Part shown: one piece after another, positions 23,934 to 36,332 of the stretch
Layout of the letters: each line of letters starts with the position of its first letter
How positions within the stretch are numbered: position 1 is the stretch's first letter
Origin: Mustelus asterias
Lineage: Eukaryota
Reading direction: 5' to 3'
Assembly: GCF_964213995.1 (NCBI RefSeq)
Contig: NC_135830.1
Coordinates: 12,338,001 to 12,402,000, forward strand
DNA: 64,000 nucleotides
The notes under the pieces: generated by a model
Databases searched by the model: none
The model's input: the letters and a program-made list of their open reading frames with translations, nothing else
What the model was told of the DNA's origin: nothing
Program-made: the position numbers and the translations under genes

Positions 23934-24378
23934 GGTTTTTGTCCGGGGTTCGCTATATCTCTGCACTAGAAATATACGGTACTGTCAGAGAGAAGTGTTC
24001 CGGCGAAACTTAATAGGACCGTTTTGCTTCTATTGTGCAAAGCAGCAGAACATCTCTCTGGAGAATCTTCAACTATGGCTCCTGTGCTATATATCGTCAA
24101 TAAATAAATCGGAGCTTCCCCGTGAGACTGGATGTACCAGAACAGAGTCGGAACACCAGCTATCGAGTAACTGCAGTCCAGTGTTCTGGTTTGTCCTTCC
24201 TGAACCGTTAATTCAGCGGGATCTTGGGACACTTCATCTTTGCCATTGGTTCCTGCAACAAATTACAGAATCTCTCAAATATCTGGGGGAGAACGCTGGG
24301 AACAGACAGTGACTATTTAAACACAGACTCACCGGGCAGGAAAACCAACAGTATTAGTAAAGAAAATTGGGAGAACAT
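23934..24378 (-). pseudogene. TCR alpha/delta-type V segment (V7), otherwise open, but lacking the second Cys and the heptamer
   Basis: Leader MFSQFSLLILLVFLP 24378-24333 with gtgagt. V exon from 24252 reads GTNGKDEVSQDPAELTVQEGQTRTLDCSYSIAGVPTLFWYIQSHGEAPIYLL...LSDSTVYF*. Nonamer acaaaaacc retained at 23942-23934. Paralog of V1. Confidence 0.92.
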
Positions 24379-25334
24379 GCTTCCTGCTCAAGAATTCCAC
24401 AATGTCATCAGAATTGTTAAATTATGTCAACTCTTCTACTCTGATGTGAAGAAGTAATTTTATATCATGGGCAGTCCTCATTTATTGGGAGACTAAGAGG
24501 CGTTACCCAATGACAGGAGTGGCTTGTTGCTCAGTGTTGTCAAAAATTGGCCACCGAACAACATTGGTTGTAGCCCAATAACTTTATCTGACTGTTTCTC
24601 TGTCTGCTCCTGCCTGTCTTTCTCTGAGCTTCCGGTTCTCTGTTTGCCTCGGTGTCCATTCCGCATTCTCAATATTTTGAGCACTACTGGGCGTCCCCTC
24701 TCTGTGTGTCTCAGAGACCCTCTTTCCCTCAATCGTTTTCCAGGAAAGGGCAGAATGTAGAACATGCAATTTCTCCCAGTCTCCCATTTCAAAAAAATTC
24801 CCCAAGCCCCATTAGGGGACAGCTGGTATGTTAGCTGAAATATCATAACGAAAACTCTGAGGAAAGTTTAAAATTGAAGCAGGTGCAGTGAAATCCAACA
24901 GTCTGCCTGATAAATGTGAGGTAGGACTCAAATTTACATCCTTTCGATGTGTGGAAAGAACTTTATTGAGAGTTCGAATCTTATCAGTATTGCTGTGGTT
25001 TCAAATTTTGTAACAAGAATAAAGTTCAACAGAAGGGCCTGGAATATTCAAAACAGCTAAAGCAATTCATTGATGAGGATTCAGACTGAAGTTCGTATTA
25101 GTTCCGTGCATGGCTCCACCTGAATTTAAGTATATTGTAATTAGAATCATGAGAACAAGAAAAAATACAGCAGCAAAATCCTGCAACAAGATCCTTCAGT
25201 AACCTGAGAATTCACTGATCTCCCAGAAGAGGCCATTTACCTCACATCACCACCAGAGGACGATCCCTCAAAGTGTTTTTGTGGTCACTGCTTCAGGAGA
25301 GGGTTCCAGAACAAATCGATATATTAGGGAGCCA

Positions 25335-25610
25335 TAATCCAAGAGAACAGGATGAATTATTGAATTGCACAGTTAAGTGACAGAGAGCAATAATGTAGAA
25401 GAACTGCTTTAATTGTTGGAATACACAATGATATGTTACAGAGCAGAAATCTAGGAGAACTGGATTGCTTGTTGGATTACACATGATGTGTCAAAGAGCA
25501 GTAATCCAGGAGAACTGGATTAATTGTTAGATTGCAGACTGATATGTTACAGAACAGTAATCAAGCAGAACTGGATTAATTGTTAGAATACACTAATATT
25601 GACAGAACAG
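25335..25610. repeat. Minisatellite, ~56-bp unit x ~5
   Basis: (g)agaactggattaattgtt...tgatatgttacagagcagtaatc recurs at 25343, 25399, 25455, 25510 and 25566. Confidence 0.85.
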
Positions 25611-26658
25611 ATATGGATGCTAAATTTGCAGACAACACAAAGCTAGGTAGGAAAATAAATGGTGAAGTGCATGTAAGGAGACGATAAAGGGACATAAATA
25701 GGTTAAATTAATTGGCAAAGCCCCGCCAAATTGAGTATAATGTGGTCAAATGTGAAAACGTCCATTTTGGCAGGATGAATATAAAATACACTTAATATTT
25801 AAATGGTGAAAGATTACAAAATTCTGAGGTATTTTAGTATAGAGAGAAGACCAGCTTCTGACAATCAAATGCATCCGTGTAATACTGCACACAGGTCCTA
25901 AACTCCAGACACACTGAGTTAAATGTCAGAGTGTCAAAATACAAACTGTGATCAGCTAAAAGTCTTCTTTTTAGTGGAAGCAATATCACTTCTAAGCCAA
26001 ATGGTAATGTGTTCAACTCCCATAACAGATGCCTCAATTCATGATTCAACCTTTGGTCCTGTGCTCAAGGAGAGTGGTTCCATTTTAGATGTGATGATAT
26101 TCCCAGAGGTAGTATAGCATATAGTATAGTATATCATTACTAAGCTCGTAATCCAGAAGCTTGAAACAATGCTCTGGAGACAGGAGTTCAAATCCAACCG
26201 GGTAGCTCGGGAATTTCAGTTCAATTCATTGAAAAAGCTGAAACAAAAATCATTCTGCAATTAATATGAATGATAAAGGTACCAACATTTCATCAAAGCT
26301 CACCTTGTTCACTAATGTCCTTCAGGAGCGGGAACCTTCCATCTTCCAGAGAAAATATATAAAATTGCCAAAAAAGTAGCAAGCCTGAGGATTGGGAGCC
26401 TTTTAGAATTCAACAAAAGATGACACAACATAATTGAGGGGGGAAATAGAGTATGAGAGTAAAATTGTAGGAAACATAGAAACTGACTACATATCTGAGG
26501 AGGAAATGATCAGTAAAGACTAATGTTGGTACCTGGCAGAAGCAAGGGTAATTATAATTACAAAGAAGTGGCGGAAGAATAGAACACCCAGACTTTGGTT
26601 CAGTGTTCACAAATGAGGACAAAGATAACCTCCCAGAAGTGATAAAACACGAAGGGTC

Positions 26659-28077
26659 TGTCGTAGGTAAAGATACCTTTCAGTCTATTCGTAGGTCAAA
26701 ATACATTGGTTTATTTTCACAATTGTGGGAGATTCGTCCGATGTCTAACACGGCCTCATTCCTTCTCAGCAAATACAGGTTAAGATATATTTATACCCCC
26801 CCCCCCCCCCCCCCCTGTCACGTTCAGTTTCCCAGGCCTCACTGGTTCCCCGGCTGTGGCTTGTCTTCCATCGTGTGAATCTTGCTGCCTTGGTGGTTTC
26901 GTGTCAAGGCCATGACTGTTGTTCTCTGAACACAGGTGGGGTACCATACAAACGTACAAGGTTACAGTCTCGTACAAACAAGTTAACTGGCTTATAGCAA
27001 TTTATATATATTCGTAGGTGCTTGTATAATATCTATATCGATACAGTTTACGATGAGTATATATGAATGCATCATTATACGATCACAGAAGGCCCTACTG
27101 TTACACAGCAATACATAACTAAAGAATACAAAATGGCGGGGTTAGCCGCATTCCGGAACAGATTAGCCGTCACAACATATTCCTGTATACCACAGCTGCT
27201 ACCTTTATCTGCTCATGGATACAAAGAACAACAAAGAACAAAGAACAAAGAACAGTACAGCACAGGAAACAGGCCCTTCGGCCCTCCAAGCCTGTGCCGC
27301 TCCTTGGTCCAACTAGACCAATGGTTTGTATCCCTCCATTCCCAGGCTGCTCATGTGACTATCCAGGTAAGTCTTAAACGATGTCAGCGTGCCTGCCTCC
27401 ACCACCCTACTTGGCAGCGCATTCCAGGCCCCCACCACCCTCTGTGTAAAAAACGTCCCTCTGATATCTGAGTCATACTTCGCCCCTCTCACCTTGAGCC
27501 CGTGACCTCTCGTGATCGTCACCTCCGACCTGGGAAAAAGCTTCCCACCGTTCACCCTATCTATACCCTTCATAATCTTGTACACCTCTATTAGATCTCC
27601 CCTCATTCTCCGTCTTTCCAAGGAGAACAACCCCAGTCTACCCAATCTCTCCTCATAGCTAAGACCCTCCATACCAGGCAACATCCTGGTAAACCTTCTC
27701 TGCACTCTCTCTAACGCCTCCACGTCCTTCTGGTAGTGCGGCGACCAGAACTGGACGCAGTACTCTAAATGTGGCCTAACCAGCGTTCTATACAGCTGCA
27801 TCATCAGACTCCAGCTTTTATACTCTATACCCCGTCCTTTAAAGGCAAGCATACCATATGCCTTCTTCACCACCTTCTCCACCTGTGTTGCCACCTTCAA
27901 GGATTTGTGGACTTGCACACCTAGGTCCCTCTGTGCTTCTATACTCCTGATACATGAGCATGAAAACACCCTAACGTAAACATGAGTTCTACAGTGTTTC
28001 TCACACAATTCCGAAATAGCACAGAATTCACTTTGTCACTTTGAGTATTAGAATTCATTAACCCATTCCCGTCTTCA
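26659..28077 (-). mobile_element. Solo LTR related to 4591-5261, interrupted by a young CR1
   Basis: Starts tgtcgtaggtaaa and ends ttaacccattcccgtcttca, flanked by GGTC on both sides. Confidence 0.75.
27224..27950 (-). mobile_element. Young 5'-truncated CR1 (HER1-like) inserted in the LTR
   Basis: ORF 27313..28008 has an intact ORF2 C-terminus and an (AACAAAG)n tail. Candidate TSD gataca at 27218-27223 and 27949-27954. Confidence 0.92.
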
Positions 28078-30079
28078 GGTCTAATGGGACTGCGGAACTG
28101 AAGGAAATCAGTATGAATAAGAAAATCGTGCTGGGGGAATGAATGGAGTTAAAGGTTGACGAATCACTAGGGCCTCATAATCTACATCCCACAGTAATAA
28201 AGGAAGTGGCCCTGGAAATGATGGATGCATTGATGATCCTCTTCCAAAGTTCTATCGACTCAGGAATAGTTCATACAGATTGGAGGATGGAAAATGTAAC
28301 CTCACTATTTAAAAAGGGACGGATGGAAAAAAATGGGAATTATAGACCAGTTAGCCTGACATTCGTCGCCGGGAAGGTGTTCGAGTCTATTATAAGGAAA
28401 AACGTGATAACTAACTATTTATTAAGCGTCAATGGGATTTGACAATGCAAGCATGGACCTACGAAAGGCATATCATGTTTTACTAAATCTACGGTCGTTT
28501 TTTGAGGATATAAATAGTAGAATAGATAAAGGAGGACCAGTGGTTAAGGCAATTAACTCATCTAGGGAATGTATCTGTAAAACTAATAAACCGAACTAAA
28601 ATACCTCGGACGTTTTGAACTGTTTACACTGTTCTGAGTTCCAATGGTGAAGATCAAAATTCACTGTAAACTGTTACAGAAAACGACAGATTATTTATTA
28701 CCAGGCTCAGGAGAAACTGGACATTCTTTTGACTTTCTGCAAAAGAGAAGATTGACGGTCGACTTCTTAGAAGTCAGATACATTGCCGCTGTTTAGACAG
28801 GGATTTGCGATGATATTTTCAGTCAGTTTCATGGTTGTATTTGCTTACGCTGCATCAAAACATGATTCTCTTACAGATGGATAAAGAGGTTATGCGCATC
28901 AAGAAGTAATTCCTCAGATCGTTGTTTTGTATTTTTTGAACCAGATCATTTTTTAAAAAATTCCTAAGATGACAACAACGATTACTGTTCAGAGATACTG
29001 CATTCTGTTTAAAACGTTCAGTTGTGTCCTGGTGTCTGGATCGGGGACTGTTCAAAGATGAGTATTTTTAAAAATATTCGTTTTGCCTGCCAACATAAAT
29101 TACAAATCGTATGGTCTTGTGAAGTTAATCTGTTTCTTCCAAGTTCAATCCCCGCTGATATTTTTTACTGTGCATCGGCCTTGGTCTCTCACTCTTGCAG
29201 TGATTCTTAAACTGCCTCTATCTCAATACATTTTTGTTGTCTATGTGTTCTGTCCGCTCTCATTCTGGGTGCTGCAGCTAACTCTGTGGGACACGTGCTT
29301 GATGTGGATTTCCAGTGGCAGGAGTAATATTGCTGGAGTTGCTGAATGGACCAACCCTTTAGAGACCTGTGGGTGCACATCAATTCTATGAAGACATCAC
29401 ACAGAAAATTGACTTGGTTGAGGAGTTATTCTTCCAATTATGGATGCAATCTTAATGAACAGTAATGCAACTCTGAAATCAGGCAACGAGAGGGCAGTTA
29501 ACTTGACAAAAATATCGTGAAAGTGACAGGGCGCCTTACTGAGGAAGTATCAACATTGCACTTTGCAATCAGAAAAAAAATAGTCAACCTGGCATTCCAA
29601 AGGGTTTTATTCTGCTTCTTAATTACCAATATATCAGCATGGGAAGAGGACAAGTTATTTAGAACAAGCACAAATAAGTAATGTTACATCTTCAAGTTGG
29701 AAGGCTATGAACGGCTATTTTAATGACTTACACAAAGAGGCAGAGTAAATGTTTGCATTCTTCTGATGTTGTCAGGCGAGGTGAACTGTAAGCCGTAAGA
29801 AAGGACCGAGAGTCTGCAAGGAAACATAGGCAGGATAACTGAGTGACAAACGAGGTGGCACCTGGAGTACTATGAGCGTAAGTATCAGGTTATTCTGTTC
29901 CGCCTTACTCATATAAAATCAAATATTTTTAAAGACCGTGAAGCATCAAAACATTGATACTTGGAGAGACTTGCACATGATTTCAAAAGTAACACGAAAA
30001 AAGACTTGTAGTACTGCTTACGGATTATGGCTGTTCGGATACCCACTTGAATGTTGTGGGGCGAATGGAACTAAGGTAT

Positions 30080-30375
30080 ATTTATTAGCCACAAGTAGTC
30101 TTACATTAATACTGCAATGAAGTTATTGTGAAAATGCCCTAGTCGCCACACGCCAGCACCTGTTTGTATACACAGGGAGAATTTCGCATGGCCAATTCAC
30201 CTAACCTGCACATCTTTGGACCGTGGGAGGAAACCGGAGCCCCGGAGGAAACGCAGGCAGACACAGGGAGAATGTGCAAACTCCACACAGACATTGATCC
30301 AAGTTGTGAATCGAACATGGATCCCTGGCGCTGTGAGGTAGCAGTGCTGCGCACGGTGCCAATGTGCCACCCCAA
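30080..30375 (-). mobile_element. V-SINE (tRNA-derived)
   Basis: Reverse strand shows a tRNA-like head and the V-domain gtgtggagtttgcacattctccctgtgtctgc...gtttcctcc. Confidence 0.8.
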
Positions 30376-32254
30376 CTGTTGGTGGTGGGGGGAATCAGTG
30401 TTCCTTTATCATCACTTATACCACATACCGAGACAAAACCATCGCTATTCAATAGAAACATGATGTTGAAATTAATGCACTCATCGCAGGCTATGCCTGG
30501 TATGTTCTAATTGCGTAGGAGGTAAGTGACGAGTGAAGAAATTGAGTATTCTTCCTGAACAACCAATTTAACACGAAGCTTAGTCAAATATAAGAATGTT
30601 ATTTGGGTTTCAGCACATTCCAAATAGTCAAACAAAATAAACATGTTCCATAAACTGTCCGTTCAAGTTCACATTAAATAAAACTTCATACCTCACTTAA
30701 TTTTTTTCCTTGACGTATTTTTCAACACTATTTTCCAGTTGGACTCTCTCCTTTACGTATGGACACCGATGTCTCATTGGGCAGTACAGTTCCTTAGAAC
30801 TACTAGGATGGATTGAACCAGCAAATGGCTCCTTGTCGTGTTGGTGCTTCAGTGAGCATGTAGACCAGACGAATTCCATCCTGCAAAGAGAGAGATGAGA
30901 GCCAGCTTGTATCTGCCAGTTTCAAGTTGAGTTTGTAAACATATAAAATAATGTTTATAAACAGATAAAAGAATTGTTTTAAAAAATGCTAGAGGGAAAG
31001 AAAACAGTCCTTGAATTGCTGTTTTAGAGTTATGTGCTAAAATGTAGAGTACATACAGACTCCAGGTTGCAACATTTGTTTGAAAGGGACCAAACATCAG
31101 GTTTGACTTAGTAACAGGCCCCACAAGTTTTTGCATTTTGTTAAGATTTGAGTTAAAGAAGACATTCAGCTCAGCCTATAAGTTTAAAGTAAACACTCAG
31201 CTGAAGGGAACCTATCAGCTTTGATTTTTTTGTTGTTGTCAGCATCAAACCAATCGTGGTGCAAGAAAATTGCGAGGTCATGGCAGGTAAAAAGGGCCAG
31301 AGGAGCAGCCATCTCCAGATAATATCTTGGGTGAACATATCTAGAGGCCAGAGCAGCCTGTTAAAAAAAAAAACCATTTGTCTATGGAGCAGTTCTCCAT
31401 CCCTGCCAGTTTAAAAATCGCTTAAGAAAACTATCTAACAGAAGGATACGGGGTTAGAAAGACCTTACAGACAGCGCACAACTACTGAAGAACTCCTAAA
31501 TCTGAGAATCCCATCAAGCCTGGTTGTATAATTTATTTGAGAGTGACGAAAATTCCGTTATCGCTGTTTTGGTAATGAATGTTCCTCGTATTATTTGAAC
31601 AGCATTTCAGTCGAACCGTACCTTAATTAACATGTTAATTGTTTACTTAAAGTTCTTGGTTATTTCAATAAAATAGCTTGATAATTATTCACTCAAAGTG
31701 ATTGACAGACATTTGTCTTATTAATAAGACTCGGAACGTTAAGTAAAAGGAGTTAGCAGCGTCACAAACAGTTTTTCCAGATTACGATGTGAGATAAAGG
31801 GGATTAACCTCTGTGTCATGACAGTCTGGTAATTTACTGAATAACAGCAAGACTGGCAAAGTTTGGACAATATTTCACTGTTACAGAAGGGCACAAAGTA
31901 AATTTTTGTCTGGAACACAAGCAGAAACAGGAATAGCGGGAGTCCATTTGGCTCGGGGGGCTCTCAAACATCCACACTTTCAATTGGCAGGTAAGTTTCC
32001 TGAACAAGTTTACTACAGAAATAACACAGGAGTTTAAATTCAGGGCTTTCGCTGCCTGGATTTAAATTAAATTCCCTGTCTCGATATTGTGCTAATTGTT
32101 GTAACTCACACTCAGTTACTGCTTTAAGAAAATTCATAATGAGACTCGGAACCTTAACTCTCTGCTTCACATTTGCTGCAAGACCTGCTGACAAATTCCA
32201 GCACTTTCTGTTTTTATTTTAGCATGAATTACTAGCTTGATCATACAGATGAAC

Positions 32255-32960
32255 ACAATAAATAGGAGCAGGAGTAAACCACTCGGTCCATCGAGCCTGT
32301 TCCGACATTCAATACCGTTATGGCTGATCTTGGAGTGCAATTCAGTTTTCCACCAGCTCCCCATGTCCCTGAATTCCCCGAGAGACCAGAAACCTGTGTA
32401 TCCCAAACTTGAATGTATTTGATGATGGAGCTTCCATAACTGTCTGGCACAGAGAATTCCAAAGATTCACAACCATTTCAATAAAGTAATTTCTCCTTAT
32501 CTTAGGCCTAAATGATCAGCCCATTTTCCTGAGACTGTACTGCCGTGGGTTAGATTTCCCGACGAGCAGAAGAAATTTCTTAGCCTCCACCCTATCAAAC
32601 CCAATCAGACTTGTGTAGGTTTAATGAAATCACATCTCATTCTTCCAAACTCCAGAGACTTTCGGCCCAATTTACTCAGCCTCCCATCACCCGACAAATC
32701 CCTCATCCCAGGGATCATCTGCTGAACCTTATCTGCACCGTTTCCAATGGAAACATATCCTTTATTAAATGTGAATATCATATCTGTGCAGAATATTCAA
32801 CATATGGTCTCAACAAAACCCTGTGCAACTGCAGCAACACCTCGTTATTCTTGGACTCCAGTCTGCCGTCAATAAAGACCAAAATACAATTTTCCTTCCA
32901 ATCATTACCTGCAACGACATGCTAGCTTTATGCATTCCTTGTACAAACGCATCTATTCTA
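32255..32960 (-). mobile_element. Degraded CR1 3' part
   Basis: 3' UTR ggagcaggagtaaaccactcggtccatcgagcctgttccg plus ORF2-end remnants. Confidence 0.7.
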
Positions 32961-33151
32961 TTCTCAATATCGACACCTACCTTTTTCAGCTCTGCAAATA
33001 TGTCTTGTTCTTATTATTTTTTTACGAAGAAGGAAATACCTATTTGTTTTCCAAAGTTACACCCGATCTGGACCGACGCTCATCAAATGTCTCTAATTCA
33101 TTTCCCAGCCCCTTTCCCACAGCTTATTTCTATCAGCTAAATTTTACTTAT

Positions 33152-33224
33152 AGGCTCTAGCGAGAATTGAACTCGCGACCCCTGGTTTACAAAACCAGTG
33201 CTATAACCACTGAGCTATGGAGCC
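33152..33224 (-). tRNA. tRNA-Thr(TGT) with substitutions in the acceptor and D stems (possible pseudogene)
   Basis: ggctccatagctcagtggttatagcactggttttgtaaaccaggggtcgcgagttcaattctcgctagagcct. Confidence 0.8.
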
Positions 33225-34332
33225 AAATACTGCGACGAGCTTCTAGTAAGCGCAGTATTATCAGTGGATTGAGGACCAGGATGGGGTTTGAGGTCGGAGA
33301 TTTTTGATGAATGTGGAAATGTCTGAGGTGGAGAGCAGGAAGTTAAAAGACACAACTTGAAAGTGAAATGATCTGATATGTGTATTGTGTATGTACTTGA
33401 CATGTATGTTGTGTGTGTCATGTGTCTCTTCTTCAGAGTTTATTGTTAATGTTACATCTCTGACTTTTCCAGCTCTGATCCAAGTTCACCCAACTGGAAG
33501 ATTAAGCTTGTTGCTCCCTTCACAGAAGCTATGAGGCGTGTTTTTATTAAATGAAGAAATGAACGAAAATTTATTCACTCCGTGACTGGGATTCGAAACC
33601 GCGTCACGCCGCCGACGCTGATCACTGGACCATCAGTGACGCTGATGTGAGAGATTTGCAATGGGTTGATCATCTCTGCACCCATTGCTTCATTTCCAAT
33701 AACTTTCAATAAACAAATGTCACAATGAGGAATGACGGGAAGCGCTCATGACAGGATTTGAACCTCACCTGGAAAATCCCAATATCTTCCCTGGGCCGGG
33801 ACTGCAGTCTCAATGTTGGCAATCCTGTTGTTTAAATCGGAAGATCGTCATTCGGCCTGTGCTACCGTTTGTATTCTCTATCGGAGCAACTCCACTCCTC
33901 CCAGCTTTGACAGAGAGTCATCTGGACTCGAAATGTCAGCTCTCTTCGCTCCTTACAGATGCTGCCAGACCTGGTGAGATTTTCCAGCATTGTGTCTTTT
34001 GTTTCCGATTCCGAAGTCCACAATAATTTTCTCCATTCCTTCCGCACACGTTCCTTTACCTCAACAACTGTTTACATTGGTATGTCGCTCCTCTTTGTTC
34101 ATGCCAAAAACGACACGGCACAACCTTACATCACCATCTCTATTGTCAGCGCTTTGCGGCCGATCACTGCCTTTCTGCTTCTGTATTTGTTCTTGACCCT
34201 GTTGCACATGTGACATTTCTAGCTGTGGTGTCGACATGCAAAACTCACTCGGCTGATATTAGTGGATTTACTTTCGATCAGATAGTGAATCAGGTTATTT
34301 GTTAATAGTTTGCTGAGAGCGATAAATAATCG

Positions 34333-34400
34333 TTTCCTGAGCGGGAATTGAGACCAAACAACACTGGAGAATACTGAACATAACCCATTGGACACCCAGG
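34333..34400 (-). pseudogene. Degenerate tRNA-Glu-like pseudogene
   Basis: Reverse strand ccctgggtgtccaatgggtta...tcaattcccgctcaggaaa resembles the ends of tRNA-Glu. Confidence 0.45.
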
Positions 34401-34589
34401 GTCACGAGTGAACTGTGTTTTTCAAAATCACTTGACATATATCCCTTAATATGTCCAGTTTGGATGGAACATTCGTGACTACTTCCGCTAATGACAACAC
34501 CGATTGTGCTTGCTGGGAATTGAAAATGACAGTGAGGAGGAATAGTCCCACAAGATGCTGAAGTGATTGCGGTTTACAAAATTCTAAAT

Positions 34590-34950
34590 AGGATTGAAAA
34601 GAGTAAACGTAGAGATTTTTTCTTCTTACTCGCAATCGAGAACAGCATGTCAAATGTATAGATTGAGAGATGGTATATTTCAAACTGAGATGAGGAGCAA
34701 CTGCTTCTCACAGGTGGTCGTGAATTTGTGGAATGCATTGCCCCATAGCGCGGTTGAGTCTGAATCATTAAATGATTTCAAGAAAGAGACCGATATATTC
34801 CTGATAATAAAAGGGATGAGGGGATATTGGAACAGAGAGGGAGGTGGATTTGAGAACAGGGAGAGATCAGTCATGAACTGATTGCATGACGGTTCAGGCT
34901 CGAAGGGGTGAATTTGCCCACTTCTGCTCCTAATTCTATGTTCCTAAGTG
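34590..34950 (+). mobile_element. CR1 3' fragment
   Basis: ORF 34594..34881 (FSQVVVNLWNALP) plus 3' UTR. Confidence 0.8.
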
Positions 34951-35338
34951 TAACTTTCAATTTTCAAAACCCATCAACTCATCACTGTGGCTCCAATGGT
35001 ATCTACGTACATTGCATCCACAGGTTCCCCTTCATCCACAACACAACGGAGTCCTGTAAGGGACTTAGGAATGGCCCCATTACTTTAAAATTCTTTGTTT
35101 CCCTCATTTAATCTCTTCTGATTTCCACCCGGCCAGAGGCCTCCCCTCTTGTTATGCTGCTGGATAACACTTGTTTAAAACCTCCTACATTTCTAACAAT
35201 TCCCAGTTATTCCCAACGAAAGGTTATGGAGCTAAAATATGAGATTTGTTTTCCTGACTTTCTGAGTTTTTCCAGCATTTTCACCTTTCACTGCAGAAGT
35301 CTGAGCAGCTTTGAATGGTGAATAACTTCACCAGCAGC

Positions 35339-35430
35339 GGCTCGTTGGACGAGGGGTATGATTCGGGCCCAGGGTGTCAACATCCACAAACTTGCAAGCG
35401 ATCTCGGGTTCACATGCCGGGCTAGAGCCC
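35339..35430 (+). pseudogene. Degenerate tRNA-Pro pseudogene (AGG at the anticodon position) with an 18-nt intron-like insert
   Basis: ggctcgttggacgaggggtatgattcgggcccaggg[tgtcaacatccacaaact]tgcaag...gagccc. Paralog of 47633-47722. Confidence 0.7.
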
Positions 35431-36267
35431 TCATTCTGCTGTTGTTTCGTATTGGACAAGTCATAGGTTTTATATATGTATTTTTAGTGCAAACGGTGGG
35501 ATTGGTTTACGTGGGATTTGGTTTGAGAACCTGAACACACAGTGCAGGCAATCTATCAACACAACACTCACACAAGAAAATCATGACATTAAAAGGTTAA
35601 TATGCTTATGGTCATTCACTTTATTTCTGTTCACCAGTTTAGAGGACCCCATGTTAGTTGGTTCAGACAGCTGGCTGTGTGTATATTGTTATTCATACGT
35701 GGATTGTGGATGTGTACCCCACTCGCTATTTCTGCTTTCTTTGTCTCTATATATCTCCCGCAGACGCTGTCAGTCTCTCTGACTGATTTTATGACGTTGA
35801 CCTCTTTTGCTCCTTGCTCTCTCCATTCTTTCGCTGTCTGTGTGTAACCGAGGTTCACTGGATTCATTTCTGCGTTTCTCCTGGGAGGAGAGATTCAGTG
35901 GGATGAGTATGTTTGCTCTGGAGTTTAGATTAATCAGAGGTGATCTTATTTAAAAGCATGAAACTGGGAAACAGTTTGACAGTGTAAATGTTGAGAGGCT
36001 GTTCCCCCCAACCCTGGCGAAATTATTAAGAACAAAAACACAGGGTGGATGATGTAAGAGGAGTTTGGAATGTTTGGGAGAGGTGAAGCTTGGAATTGGA
36101 AGATGGGAATGATGCAATTGAAGATTGAGAAGGATGGATAGGAACCTTGGGAATTATGTAGGTCGATTCATTGTAAACTTTGAAATCAGAACAAGCTGAG
36201 ACACCAGATGAAAAAGCCATATTTGGCTCTATGCATTTTAGGTTATGGAAAGCAAGTTCGCCCATGT

Positions 36268-36332
36268 GCCCGGCCAGCTCAGTCGGTAGAGCATGCGACT
36301 CTTAATCGTGGGTTCGAGCCCCACGTTGGGCG
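36268..36332 (+). pseudogene. tRNA-Lys(CTT) pseudogene with 8-nt deletion
   Basis: gcccggccagctcagtcggtagagcatgcgactcttaatcg^tgggttcgagccccacgttgggcg. The 3' anticodon stem/variable loop is missing. Confidence 0.85.

Larger units (their letters stand above)
26350..28545 (+). mobile_element. Old CR1 fragment split by a solo LTR
   Basis: 26350-26658 (FTNEDKDNLPEV) continues at 28078 into ORF 28143..28442 (GPHNLHPTVIKE...NYRPVSLT). Confidence 0.8.

Noticed and set aside
5874-24378. Possible NAR-TCR, IgH-like or germline-joined V(D)J genes
   Set aside because: No D segments, 12-RSS or FGXG/WGXG J motifs seen; all segments have leaders and TCR alpha/delta-like frameworks ending at an RSS.
30480-31825. 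Possible solo LTR ending tgtcatgaca
   Set aside because: Could not define the left end, a TSD or a second copy.
33742-33850. Further tRNA-like remnants (Ser-like here; Glu-like ~38590 and ~61170; Leu-like ~48720)
   Set aside because: Too degenerate or partial to assign boundaries or anticodons.
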